64,000 bases of DNA, from positions 26,972,001 to 27,036,000 of the forward strand of contig NW_024704743.1 of assembly GCF_018977255.1 (NCBI RefSeq). Direction: 5' to 3'. Positions within the stretch are counted from its first letter, which is position 1. Each line of letters opens with the position of its first letter. Origin of the DNA: Callorhinchus milii. Its lineage: Eukaryota. Made by a program: the position numbers and the translations under genes. This document shows positions 1-10,973 of this stretch, piece after piece. The notes beneath the pieces are model-generated. The model was not told where the DNA came from. It was given only the letters and a program-made list of their open reading frames with translations, and did not search any database.

Positions 1-524
1 TCACTTTTCAAGACTTAAGAGCCTTAGCTTATCTAATCATTGCTCATAACTCATCCTGCTAACAGTAGTGATCACCATTGTTGCTTTCCACCACACTGCA
101 ATTACATACAGAGATTTACATAGTAGTGAAACAGGCCATTTGACCCAACTAATTAATGCCAACTAATTAATGGAGTTTATGCTCTCCATGATCATACACT
201 AACCTAATTTTCCCTTCCCTAGCTTCCTTCCCCCATATCCAATAATCTCTTCCACCCATAAATGCATTGAGATTTCTCCTTGGGTCTTTTAAATTTCAGG
301 CAGTGATTTAATTATCATAGTGCATGGTCAAAGAGGTATGTCTTAAAATGGATTTTGAACTAGGTGAGGGAGTGTGTGAATCAAAAGTACTCTAGGATAT
401 AGTTCCAGATAGTGCAGGCATAAAGGCTGAAAGCCCGCCTGCCAATTCAACTTGAGATTTCCAACATCTGCAGGATATACTGAAATGTAGTTTTGTGACT
501 GTGTATTTTGTGAGTGAAAAGTGA

Positions 525-636
525 CAGCATTGGAGTGTCATCTTAGTCTGTGTGATTCCAGGTCCTAACGTGAGGCTTGAACCCACAACCTTCTGACTCA
601 AGAGTTAAGAGTGCTTCCTCTGCACCCGGCTGACAC
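525..636 (-). mobile_element. Old tRNA-headed SINE, 5' head remnant (Deu-SINE-type family)
   Basis: The reverse complement reads tgtgtcagcc...ctcttgagtcagaaggttgtgggttcaagcc, the same head as the other old SINE copies in the window. Confidence 0.7.
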
Positions 637-896
637 AATCAGGTGCCTTGTATTAAAAGAGAATATTCTCTTTGTCTTTTCTCGATGGAGTTATGCAGAT
701 TGTTAGTGAAAACTCCAACTGATCTTCAAAATGACTACTGTACTTTCAGACATTGGTAGGTGGAATAAAAAATCTGTATTATTACCCTCTCTTTCCAAAA
801 TACGTGGCAAATCATGAACTGGTGTTCTGTGTATATTATGCATATTAGAACTTTTGCAGTTTCATCAGTAGTAGATTGGATCAGAAATGGAACTCC

Positions 897-1046
897 CTGC
901 ATTGCAAAGGCTTGTCAAGTCCACAACTGGACTTGACAAGCCTTTGCAATGCAGCCTTTGGCATTAATTAATGCCAACTAATTAATGGAGTTTATGCTTT
1001 CCATGATCATACACTAACCTAATTTAGTGTATGATCATGGAGAGCA
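897..1046. repeat. Cluster of three adjacent inverted repeats including a local 61-bp duplication
   Basis: Perfect 27-bp stem 897-923/928-954 (loop caac); 20-bp palindrome ttggcattaattaatgccaa 958-977; 23-bp stem 995-1017/1024-1046 with one mismatch; 965-1025 copies 150-210 with one mismatch. Confidence 0.95.
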
Positions 1047-1107
1047 AAGAATCTCCGTGTGCTAAATTGAAAATAAATGTCTAATAAGAGGTTCTGAAAT
1101 GCTATAC

Positions 1108-1178
1108 ACTGTCCAGCACCTTGAGACATCCTCCCGACGTGAAAGGTGCTATACAAATGTAATCTTGTTGTTATTGTT
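1108..1178 (+). mobile_element. L2 LINE 3' tail only (type A)
   Basis: cagcaccttgagacatcctcccgacgtgaaaggtgctatacaaatgtaatc followed by (ttg)n, matching the ends of the longer L2 copies (e.g. 32180-32237, 37600-37667). Confidence 0.8.
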
Positions 1179-1774
1179 GCAGTTTTCTTTGTAATATCTG
1201 TGTTTTATGTCCCAACTGCTTAAATTGTGCATGGTCACATAAAATGTTACCTCTGCTTCATTTGGGTTTACTCAATGGCAATTAATTTGTATAATTTATG
1301 GTTTGGAATAGATTGTGTATGTTTTGATGCATGGATTGTATGAAACCTTGTTGAGTTTTGTCATAATAAGTAACATGTCACCACTGACTGCAGATTGAAT
1401 TTATAGCAACAAGTTTCATAATACCTAATTATCTGAGGAGGTGAATTTATAAATCTTTATTCTTTGTGACATAATTACTAAAAAAAAAGACTTTAGTGGC
1501 ACAAGGCTCTAATTCAGGATTTTTTCAAAATTTCTTAATAAAATATATATAATTATCAAATTTCTAAAACATTGAAGAGAGCATTCTTCAGCACAATTGA
1601 CAGGCTGATTTTAGATGCAAACGTTTGTAGAGCTAAAAAGAGAATTTGGAATAAAATAGCACATCCCATGCTAAAGTCCCAATTGAATTCTGCTGGACTT
1701 TTTTTCCAGAGTTAACAATGTCATGTTATCAGCGTGAAGACCCTAATTGGCCCTCATTGGCCCTCCACATACAG

Positions 1775-2101
1775 GTGGAGTCCTGTAGCTCAGTGGTTAG
1801 AGCACTCGCTTTGCAAGCGAGAGACCTGAGTTCAATTCCAGGCAGAGGGCGAAACCTTGGGCAAGTTTCCTTACTCCACACAGAGCCTAATAATAATCCC
1901 TCCAAAAACCAAAAACAATAATAAATTGGTCATTTTCAATCTACGACTGTTTGTGGGACATTACTGTGCGCAATTGGCTGCCGCGTTCGCCCACAAATAT
2001 ACAGTCAATTCACTTTACAGTGTGTTCTGTGAAGCGCTTTGGGACGTCCTCCCGACGTGAAAAGCGCTATATCAAATGCAAGGATTATTATTATTATTAT
2101 T
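1775..2101 (+). mobile_element. Young tRNA(Ala)-derived SINE, full length
   Basis: A box tagctcagtgg, anticodon-like arm ctcgc-tttgcaa-gcgag (TGC), B box gagttcaattcc, retained CpGs, (tta)n tail; near-identical to copies at 4047, 14476, 27163 and 47053. Confidence 0.95.
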
Positions 2102-2268
2102 GACAAGTGAGCTGCTGACCAAATTTAATCCATTTTGTGAATGGAATTCCATCACTTTAGACTGGTTTATTACCACTGTTAATTTATTAAAGCTAGTTGT
2201 TAACTGGTCTAGTACGATACCCTACATGTGAGGCGCTATATTGTTGTATATAACATGTTGTTGTTGTT

Positions 2269-2550
2269 AAGAACATAAGAATTTGCTAGGCGAATGAAGT
2301 CCAAGGTCCATCAATTCGCTTTCCACCATCCTGGAAGTTGCATGCACATGTTATGTCCCAAACCATACGCTGTATTCCGAGATATTATTTTGTAAAATAA
2401 ATCTTTCCAATTTGTTCTTGAAAGAATCAACACTTTCTGCTTTCATCGTCTCCCTAGTGCATCTGTTCCATACGTTTAGAACTTGCTTACTGAAGTAGTG
2501 TTTCCACAGATTTGTTCTGAATTTATCCCTTTCAATCGCAGGCCATTGCT
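2269..2550 (-). mobile_element. CR1 LINE 3' end fragment
   Basis: ORF 2351-2554 (KFRTNLWKHYFSKQVLNVWNR...SVDSFKNKLERF) is the CR1 ORF2 C-terminus; ends in a ttcttatgttctt tail; same family as 30090-30530. Confidence 0.85.
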
Positions 2551-3249
2551 GCAAGTGTACTACAGACTGATGGAGAAGGAACTAATGTGGTGGTTTGCAA
2601 AGCAGCTACAAATGGAAACATATTCGTTTAACTAAACATTCTTTCTTTTTAGCTACTTTTGCCTTCACCCATAAATGTTTCTATCTTGAACTAAGTCAGT
2701 TCAGCATGCAACTGGTACACTACCCCTTATCAGACCTTCCACTGCCAAGACATCTCTTTGCACCAAGCATAACATCCTATACTTTATTTACCCACCTTGA
2801 GGAGGCACAGGGTTGTAGGTAGTTAAGAGAAGCTGGCTACTGTTGATAAGCAAGTTACTGAGCTCAAGAAATTCTAATTCATTGTACTGAAGGACATCAG
2901 TTCAGATTAACTACATCTTGACAATCTAGGAGGCTGTTATTCTTCAAACTCACAGCTTCTTTTGTAGGTGTCAGCCTGGCTTCATTGGTAGTACTCTTGC
3001 CTCTGAGTCAGAGCAAGCTCCACAGCAGGACTTTGAAATAACACAATGTGAAAGGCACTATACAAATGTAATTTTGTTGTTGTTGTTGTTGTAGGCAGTG
3101 TATCATTACCTGGAATGTTAAAAAATGAGCTTAACAATTACAAACAAAATGAGTTTCTAAACGTCTCTGTTTTGTTTTTTGGTTTGTTGTGGTTCTTGAG
3201 AAATTTAATAGTTTTATCTATGGTAGAAGATGTTGATAATTAGCTTGAT

Positions 3250-3425
3250 AAACAGTGCCTTCAGCTCCCTCTCGACTCTCTACCCCTTCCTCGCTCCCTC
3301 CCTTCCCTCCCCTCACCCTGACCATTTCCCCCCTGTTCGGGTCCTGACCCAACTGTACAGTGCCTTGGGACGTCCTCCCGACGTGAAAGGTGCTCTATAA
3401 ATGGAATCTTGTTGTTGTTGTTGTT
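3250..3425 (+). mobile_element. L2 LINE 3' fragment (type A tail)
   Basis: Pyrimidine-rich 3' region, then ccttgggacgtcctcccgacgtgaaagg and (ttg)n. Confidence 0.85.
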
Positions 3426-3793
3426 GATAAACAGTTTGCATAATTAGGGCTTTGTATTATCTCAGATAGAGATCATAGAAAGCAATCCTGGATTATATGT
3501 CCTGGTTTAGAGTGAGTTTGTTTGTAGAACCTATGGGCCCTCACTATACTGGAAGTCCAATAGTAACTGACCAGCTTTTTGCGCTTTATACACAAAAGTC
3601 TTAGACGCCAGAGAATAACTGATATTGCTTTGCAAAGCAAATGTTATCAGCAGAGATCTGAGCAATCCGGAAGTGCTGAATCAGCAGTCATTGTTTGTGC
3701 TCCTGATTATAACCTGAAGTCTGAGCTTATGGATCTGAACCACTGTGTCATAATGGAGTCTATTACTTTGAAATAAACATGTACTTCGTTCAA

Positions 3794-4625
3794 TGTGTCA
3801 GCCTGGCACAGCGACAGCACTTTCACCTCTGAGTCAGAAGGTTATGGTTCAAGATTTGGAATCACACAGTCTAAGATGACACTCAACAACAACTTGCATT
3901 TATATAATGCCCTTCACGTGGGGTAGCATTCTGGAGCACCCACAGTGCTCAGGGGGGTTTGCATTGTCGGACGTACTGTACTTTGGATGAGACATTAAAC
4001 CAAAGTTTTATCTGCCTGTTCATGTAGATGTTAAAGATCACACTATTAATAATAATAATAATAATCCTTGCATTTGATATAGCGCTTTTCACGTCAGGAG
4101 GACGTCCCAAAGCGCTTCACAGAACACACTGTAAAGTGAATTGACTGTATATTTGTGGGCGAACGCGGCAGCCAATTGCGCACAGCAATGTCCCACAAAC
4201 AGTCGTAGATTGAAAATGACCAATTTATTATTGTTTTGGTTTTGGAGGGATTATTATTAGGCGTGTGGAGTAAGGAAACTTGCCCAAGGTTTCGGCCTGC
4301 CTGGGATTGAACTCAGGTCTCTCACTTGCAAAGCAAGTGCTCTAACCACTGAGCTACAGGACTTCACAGAGAAGTCCTGTAGCTATTCAAAAAGAAAGGG
4401 GAATTTCTCCCATTGGTCTGAACCAACATTTCCCCAAATGAAATTGGTCATTCAATCCACGGCTATTTGTGGGATATTGCTGTGTACAACTAGCTGCTGC
4501 ATTTCTCCAACAAAATACAGTCAATACACTATACAGAATATCACGTACATCATGTGAAGTGCTTTGAGATGTCCTAATGATGTGATAAGACACTATAGCA
4601 AATGCAAGATTATTCTTATTTATAT
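3794..4625 (+). mobile_element. Old Deu-domain SINE carrying two nested antisense insertions
   Basis: Head gtgtcagcctgg...ctctgagtcagaagg; Deu-like core ggatgagacattaaacc...ttaaagatc; resumes after 4385 with aaagaaaggggaatttctcc and ends in a (tta)-like tail. Nested L2 tail at ~3885-3938 and young SINE at 4047-4367. Confidence 0.8.
4047..4367 (-). mobile_element. Young tRNA(Ala)-derived SINE
   Basis: Reverse complement of the 1775-2101 family; possible ctatt target-site duplication. Confidence 0.95.
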
Positions 4626-5641
4626 TCTTATTATTTTTATTATTATTATGGGGATTGCACATCAACAGAAATAACAATAACTTGTCCCTATATAGCCCCT
4701 TTTACATAGGATGACTGTCTGGCCTTATATTGTGAAGGTAATCTCAAGATATTAATAAAAGCATTTTTTAAAATTTCTCTTTGTAGCAAAATATAATTCA
4801 CAGAATACAAATATCAACTAAAGAAGTATTGTCACAACAGAATAGACTGTTTATCCTTAGAGCATACATTTGTATTCTGCATTTAAAAACATTTGTCATT
4901 ACATCCATCTTGCAGTTTGTTTGCAGACACCACATTTATTTCCTTTCCTCTGAGTTGCTTGTTGGCTTCTTAGCATGACACAATTTTCTGCTGAGGAAAA
5001 TTACACTGTAGATTTAACTGCATGACTCACATGTATTAATGTAGCAATACATTAGTCTGGTGAGGCACGCAATCAGTATCAGAGTGGAATTAATGGAACA
5101 GAATCCTTGCTTAATATTGTCCGATTTGCTCCTTCAACACACATTGACAAGCATCCTCGCATTTGCACGGGCTGTTGATTTCAAGTTTTGATCATTTACA
5201 TATGCTCTGACATGAATAGTGTGATTACAGTTATCACTTGGCGATTTGACCTTGTTTGATGAAGGCCACTTTTTCTGGATAAAAACAAGAGTTCCAGATG
5301 AATATGACAGGATCCCGAATGTAAACCTATTTCTAGAAAAATGACATGCCAGATTAGCAAGGCTGCTGAATTAATGGGAGCACAAATAGCACAGCAGTTT
5401 TAAGGCACACTTTGTGCCAGGAACCCGAGTCCTACTCAAGTTATCTAACCAATACGTGTTATGAGCTTTATCATTTCTCAGTTAGATTGCTGCACAGTGC
5501 TTTCTACAATAGTGCGGTGGGGAGGTGGGTGGAGGGTATATGCACTCCTCTCTGCTGTGTATGTTCTTAGCAGAGAAGGTGAAATTGTGAAGCATGACTT
5601 GTTGAGGCAAGTATACATGGAAAATGTACAATGAATGGGAG

Positions 5642-5940
5642 TAATAATAATAATAATAATCCTTGTTTTTGATACAACACATTATCACATCTTCGAGACA
5701 TCTCAAAGTGCTTCACAGAATATACTGTAAAGTGAATCGACTGTATATTGTGTACATATTGGTCACAAACACTAATAAATTGGTTACTTCGACCCATGAC
5801 TGTTTGTGGGACACTGCTGTGCGCAATTGGCTGTCGTGTTTCAATTTGCTTTACAGTATATTCTGTGAAGCGCTTTGAGATGTCTAGAAGATGTGAAAAG
5901 CACTATAACAAATGCAAGGATTATTATTATTATATTATTA
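5642..5940. mobile_element. Two SINE 3' portions in opposite orientation (inverted repeat)
   Basis: Minus-strand tail at 5642-~5750 and plus-strand 3' half at ~5775-5940; both end in caaggattattatt. Confidence 0.85.
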
Positions 5941-6159
5941 CAGTAGTAATTCATGGAGTAAATATAACTGGATTAATAAAGGTCTTATTCCCTTTCAGTG
6001 AAGTTTATTGAAAACTAGGACAGATAATAATACACAGCTACTTGGTTCCATTTGATAAGTGAAATAGCCTTGTTTTTCTTTTAAGTAAAAGTGAATAGTC
6101 ACTCTATTTTAGCTAAATGCACATCTTCCAACTTCCTAAAGGCCCACATGTGTGGCAAT

Positions 6160-6365
6160 ATAATAACAAATTACATTTGTTTAGCGTCTTTCATATCAGG
6201 AGGATGTCCCAAAGCGCTAGACAGTCAGGGATGTGCACCTGAGCTGGGGGTTGGGATCAGGAGGATTGGAGTGCAGGGAAAGTTGGGGTATATAGGAGAC
6301 CAAAAGCATGGTCAAAGAGAAGGGTCTTGAGATGGGCTTTGAAGGAGGTACGAGAGGGACAATGA
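6160..6365 (-). mobile_element. L2 LINE 3' end (type A tail)
   Basis: Reverse complement of the L2 3' end (ttcaaagcccatctcaagacccttctc...gggacatcctcctgatatgaaag). Confidence 0.8.
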
Positions 6366-6534
6366 AGCAGATGTAAGAATTTCAGTTGAAATTAGAGTAG
6401 CTGAGCTCCAGATAATTAATAGAAGGTTTAAGAGTGAAATCAGTGAAGGTATGTGGTAGTTATTGGTTATGCCACTGAGAGACCCACGCACAAATAAATC
6501 TTCAATAAGTTGAAAGACGTACGCCGCATTCAAG

Positions 6535-6797
6535 AGTGTCAGTCTGCTTCAGTTGGCAGCATTCTCACATCTGAGTCAACAACAATAACTTGCATTTATA
6601 TAGTGCCCTTCACGTGAGGTAGCATCCAGAACGAGTCAGATTGTTGTGAATTCAAGCCCCACATGGAGACTTTGAACTCACATTCCTGCCTGTCACTCTT
6701 AAATGCAATGTTGAGGGAGCATTGTATTATTGGAGGCACCATCTTTCGGTGGAGACATTAACCCAAATCCCTTTCTGCATGTTCATTGATCTTATAC
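6535..6797 (+). mobile_element. Old Deu-domain SINE with nested antisense L2 tail
   Basis: tRNA-like head plus Deu core (ggaggcaccatctttcggtggagacattaa); a ~50-bp L2 tail at ~6579-6632 is flanked by a gagtca duplication. Confidence 0.75.
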
Positions 6798-6799
6798 AT

Positions 6800-8275
6800 C
6801 TGGGATGGAAAAAGGATTTTAGGGTTGTGTTTAGCCTCCAAGATGATGTTGGAGTAGAAGACCGTTTTTGTGCATGTCAAAGAACGGCAGTAGCTGTGGA
6901 CTTGCTCGAGCCACAGTTGGCGGTGAAATGTCAGGCCAGTTTTCCGCCATCTGTGCCCGAGCAGCCGGGTTTGGGTTTTTAAGCGGTGGAGATGGTTGTT
7001 GTACCAGGTGGATCGGGTGAGTTTGGAGATGTTCCTGGATTTCAGGGGGATGAGGGAGTTGACGGTGGAGGAGAGGCGATCATGGAGCAGCTGGACGGCT
7101 ACTTTAGGATCTCTGTGGGTGGAAGGCCAGAGGGATAGGATGTTTGTTGATGCGAGGGCCTTTGGAGGATCTCAGGGGGTAGCCTTTTCCAAGAAAGGTA
7201 CAGTATGGTTGAGCTCCTGGTGGAGGAGAGAGGGATGTGAGAGGAGAAGGAGACGAGGAAGTGGTCCGAGATGGCCTTGTCCACTATGCTGAGGTCGGAA
7301 ATCTCAAGGCCATGGGTGATATCGAGGTCAAGGGCATGACCACGGTTGTCGGTAGGTGAATTTATATGAAGGGTGAGGTTGAGGGAGGAGAGCAGGGCAG
7401 TGAAATCTGCAGAAGTGGTGCAAGGGGAGTTTAGGTAGAGGTTGAAATTGCCCATTATAAGCAGGCACTCAGAGCAGAGGGACAGGGAAGAGAGGAGAGT
7501 AGAGATGCCTGTGTGGAAGGAACCGGGGGGCTGATGGGGGCGGTTGACAAGGAGGATTTTCAATGGGAGAGAGGGGTGGAAGACGGGGAGGTGCTCAAAC
7601 GAGGGGTAGCAGCCAGAGGAGTAGAGGGTGAGACCAAGGGAGGCTTTGGAAATGAAGGCCACCCCACCGTCACATTGGTTTGGACGGGATGTGTGGTGGA
7701 AGGTGTAGCCTGGAGTGGAGGTATCCACTAGGGGGACGGGGTCATTGGGGAAGAGCCAGGTTTCGATGAGCCCAAGAATGTCAAGGTGCTCTTCAGGATG
7801 AGGTCGTGGATGGTGAGGGCATTATTTGGGAGGGAACGGACATTTTGGGGGGAAATGTGGGTGGGTTTGCTGGAGGGAGGGGAGGGAGGAGAGAGTGGTG
7901 CGAAGAGGATTTTGGGTTGTACAGGAGAGATGGTTGTGGAGAGTGGTGTGAGTGGAGAGTTGGGGAGGGTACATATGAGCTAATGGGGATTTTCCTTAAG
8001 GAGGCGGTTCGAGCGGAGGGAGTGAATAATTGGACACATGGGGTTGCTGCCTTGGGACAGCCAGTGCCGGAAGTCATGATGGGCCCGGCAGAGGATGCTC
8101 AGGCTGGAGCAGAAGGAAGTGGTGATGGGGTCGAGGAGAGAGAGAAGGCGGGGAGGGCGGTGGGAGAGAAGGGCAGGGAGGGAGTAGCAGATAGAGGGGT
8201 GTGGAAGGAGAGACATTTAGAGTGGAGGGGGAGGCTCGGGTCGGGTTGGCAGCCAAATCGCGCACGTCCCTCTTA
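6800..8275 (-). pseudogene. L2 LINE 5' portion: degenerate ORF with apurinic-like endonuclease domain
   Basis: Minus-strand translation across frameshifts gives QNVRSL...DILGLIETWL...PGYTFHH..R....GGVAFI...FEHL...MGNFN...SPT..RGHALDL...ISDHFLVSF, the standard APE endonuclease motifs of L2/CR1-group ORF2. Confidence 0.9.
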
Positions 8276-9804
8276 CACAACATAGATAATAGATAATGTG
8301 TGTACTGTTAATTTCACACATTTGCTTAACACAATGATCATCAGTGACACTGTTAAATACTGTGCTGCTTTCAACTCTGTAGCGTTCAGTCATTGCTCCT
8401 GGTGTTTGCCAAATAGGTATCCAGAGGGCACAAGGTCAGCAATGACATTGAAATAGTTAAGGGAAGAAGTTAGGTTAAATGTTTTCATGCTGATATGATG
8501 AGGGTATTATTAGAATACGGAATTCATTGACACAAGTGGTTATTCAAGCTAAGACCATAACATGATTTTAAAAAAATTGGCTAAGGATTGCCAAAGCAAC
8601 TTAATAAACAGTATTGAGGAATACTCAGAGAGCGGGGAATTGGAATTAGCATAATTAGTTCCAGTACAATCGATGGACTGAATTGCCTTTCATTCTGTCA
8701 TTTCTATCATTCTACATCATATTCCATGCGTTTCACAAGTTGTTGAGACTATTATGAATTAAATAGCTTCTTGTAATCATAACTTTCAATATGTCAACCA
8801 GAAATAGAGTCAATAGCAATGTTCAAATATAGCTCACCAATTTTACAGAGAAGATAATTAAGGGGAATCACTTTGTAGCATTGGAGACTTTTTTTTGCAT
8901 CTGCACTTTTACAATCAGAAAATAACAGAATTGGCTTCTTTGTTCAATCTTCAGAAATCCTGAAAGTTGGTTGAGAAAACCATGCTGCTGATGGATTTAT
9001 TGCGGTCTTTGGACTAGTAGACTGTGTCTCAAGGGTAATGGTTCTTATTCAATAAGCATAAATTGGAAATTTTCTAGTCCCAACATGGGGCTTGAACCCA
9101 CAACTTTCTGTCTCAGGGATGGGAGTGCTACCAACTGAGTCAGACTGACACTAATTGTGTGGAAAGGTAAATATTCTTGAGTTTTATCCCAAAGTATTGG
9201 GGAATGAAGGAGTATTGGCAAAAGAAGTTACCTTAAGAATCAGGTTAAGAGGTGTGAGTTAACCCTGGTTTTGCAAGGTGTTTTCCAGCCCCAATAAGCT
9301 GAAAGATTAGTACTTGCTCCATGTTGTTACTGGTCAATCTGACAGTGTAAGTCAACTTCAATTATTTTTATTTCTTTGACATAGTCTGTTATACAGAGCG
9401 AAAAATATCTGGTGATAGGCAAATTCTTGGAGAACAATACATAATGATGAATCCTGACCAAGTGTTTTCCTTAGATGTTTGAGCAGAATTGCAAAGTGTA
9501 AGGATGCTTTTGTGGGATCCTTGGTTACCACTGAAACTAGAGTAACAACACCATTAACCAAGTCAATCTATTAAATGGACATTAGTGCAGCCAGGCATGA
9601 ACATCTACTCAATCTATACGGAACAACACCTGTAGTTTCCAATGACTAGTTCACCACCAGCTAAAATACGCTCTAGTGGAATTATTGCTGCATAGCTGAT
9701 GGAAAATCAAGCTCATTAGACTTTGGTTAAGCCCTAAGTTCTTATCAGAACTGAAGTATCCAAATGCTTTCAAGGGGATTATCTGGAGAAATAGCTGTTC
9801 ATCC

Positions 9805-10115
9805 TTAATCCTTGCATTTGATATAGCACCTTGCTATATCATCGAGACATGTCAAAGTGCTTCACAGGAATTACTGTAAGGTGTGTATTCTGTAGGGGAA
9901 CTGTGAATTTGCACACAGCAACATCCCATAAACCGTTATGAAGTGAATGCCCAATTTCATGTGTGGATTATTGCCCAGGACAGGGAGAAACTCCCTTCTT
10001 GTTTTGAGTCATGTCATGGAATCTTTAACCTCCTTGTGAACAGGCAGACACAATCTCTGTTTGGCATTGTATCCGAAGAATTACACCTTTGACAATGCAC
10101 CGTGCCCCTCCACCC
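9805..10115 (-). mobile_element. Old Deu-domain SINE
   Basis: aatccttgcatttgatatagc tail and reverse-complement Deu core (catggaatctttaac...gaacaggcagac). Confidence 0.8.
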
Positions 10116-10174
10116 TCCGGGGGTTCTAGTTAAACTAATGAACAATCCCCCTTCTAAATAAAACATCTTAAATC

Positions 10175-10973
10175 TGTTAGAAAATAAAATCAGCCAAATC
10201 TGTAAGGAGATAACGCTAATTCCTTTAACCAGATATCAGACTGTTTTATTATAATTCGTTCGTTATTCCCCAATATCCCGATGAGTCAGACCAAAGGCCG
10301 GTACAATCAACAGATCTTATAACAGAATAATACCACTGTAGATATCTCGAGTTCAACACTGTGTCTTTACAACACACAAGCTTGATTCTTCATGCTTTCA
10401 GTCTTCTTGCTTACAGTTTTCAATCTTCCATCTGATATCCTCAGTCTTAGTGTTTCCAGCTCTTAGTCTTCCATCTCCCTTACCCTTGTCTCCGCAGGCC
10501 GGGACGGCCCCATCTCCCGTATCCTTGTCTCCGCGACCCAGGACGGCCCCGTACACAAAGTTATCGGAACTCTTATATCGATGTTCGTCCAATCATGGTG
10601 CGGACATTAGATCACCCGGTTGAAATCATGCTGGGTTCACGTGAACACCTCATGGGGTGTACGTGCCTCAGCACACATACACATTGTCCTTAAGACCCCT
10701 GTTATCTGATGCTCGTTATTTTGTTAGGTGGGATCATTAGTACATTCCTTTTAAGTGACTGGTTATTTCTTATCAGTATCCCGGGATGGTACCAAGGTCG
10801 TCTAGTTTAAGCAACTTGCTCTTTAGCTGCTATTCTTGAGGGTTGCCTTTTGTTGCTCTTGAGTGTTAATCATGAGTGTCAGTCTAGTTGCCCCCCACAC
10901 TTAACTTAAAAGTTAACCCGTTCGCAACATCTATTATGATTCTAACATTATACAAAAAGTGTGAATTCTAACA
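10175..10973 (-). mobile_element. Solo LTR (~799 bp) of an endogenous retrovirus or LTR retrotransposon
   Basis: Starts tgttagaa and ends ttctaaca (TG...CA with 8-bp TIR); flanks aatc/tatc form a 4-bp TSD with one mismatch. On the minus strand ATTGG (10589-10593), TATAA (~10573-10577) and AATAAA (10245-10250) occur in U3-R-U5 order. Internal ~39-bp tandem duplication at ~10471-10548; CpG retained. Confidence 0.8.

Noticed and set aside
897..954. Pre-miRNA
   Set aside because: A perfect stem with a 4-nt loop embedded in a local duplication scar fits a repair product better; there is no resemblance to a miRNA I recognise.
1777..1850. tRNA-Ala(TGC) gene
   Set aside because: It has A/B boxes and an anticodon arm but no proper acceptor stem or terminator. 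It continues into a SINE body and recurs many times, so it is a SINE head.
1857..2060. Recurrent small ORFs (MGKFPYST..., MTVYLWAN..., also at 14426, 14578, 27147, 27248) as a gene family
   Set aside because: They are incidental translations of the same SINE.
7806..8285. 159-aa G/E-rich ORF
   Set aside because: It is the antisense reading of the C-rich L2 5' region.
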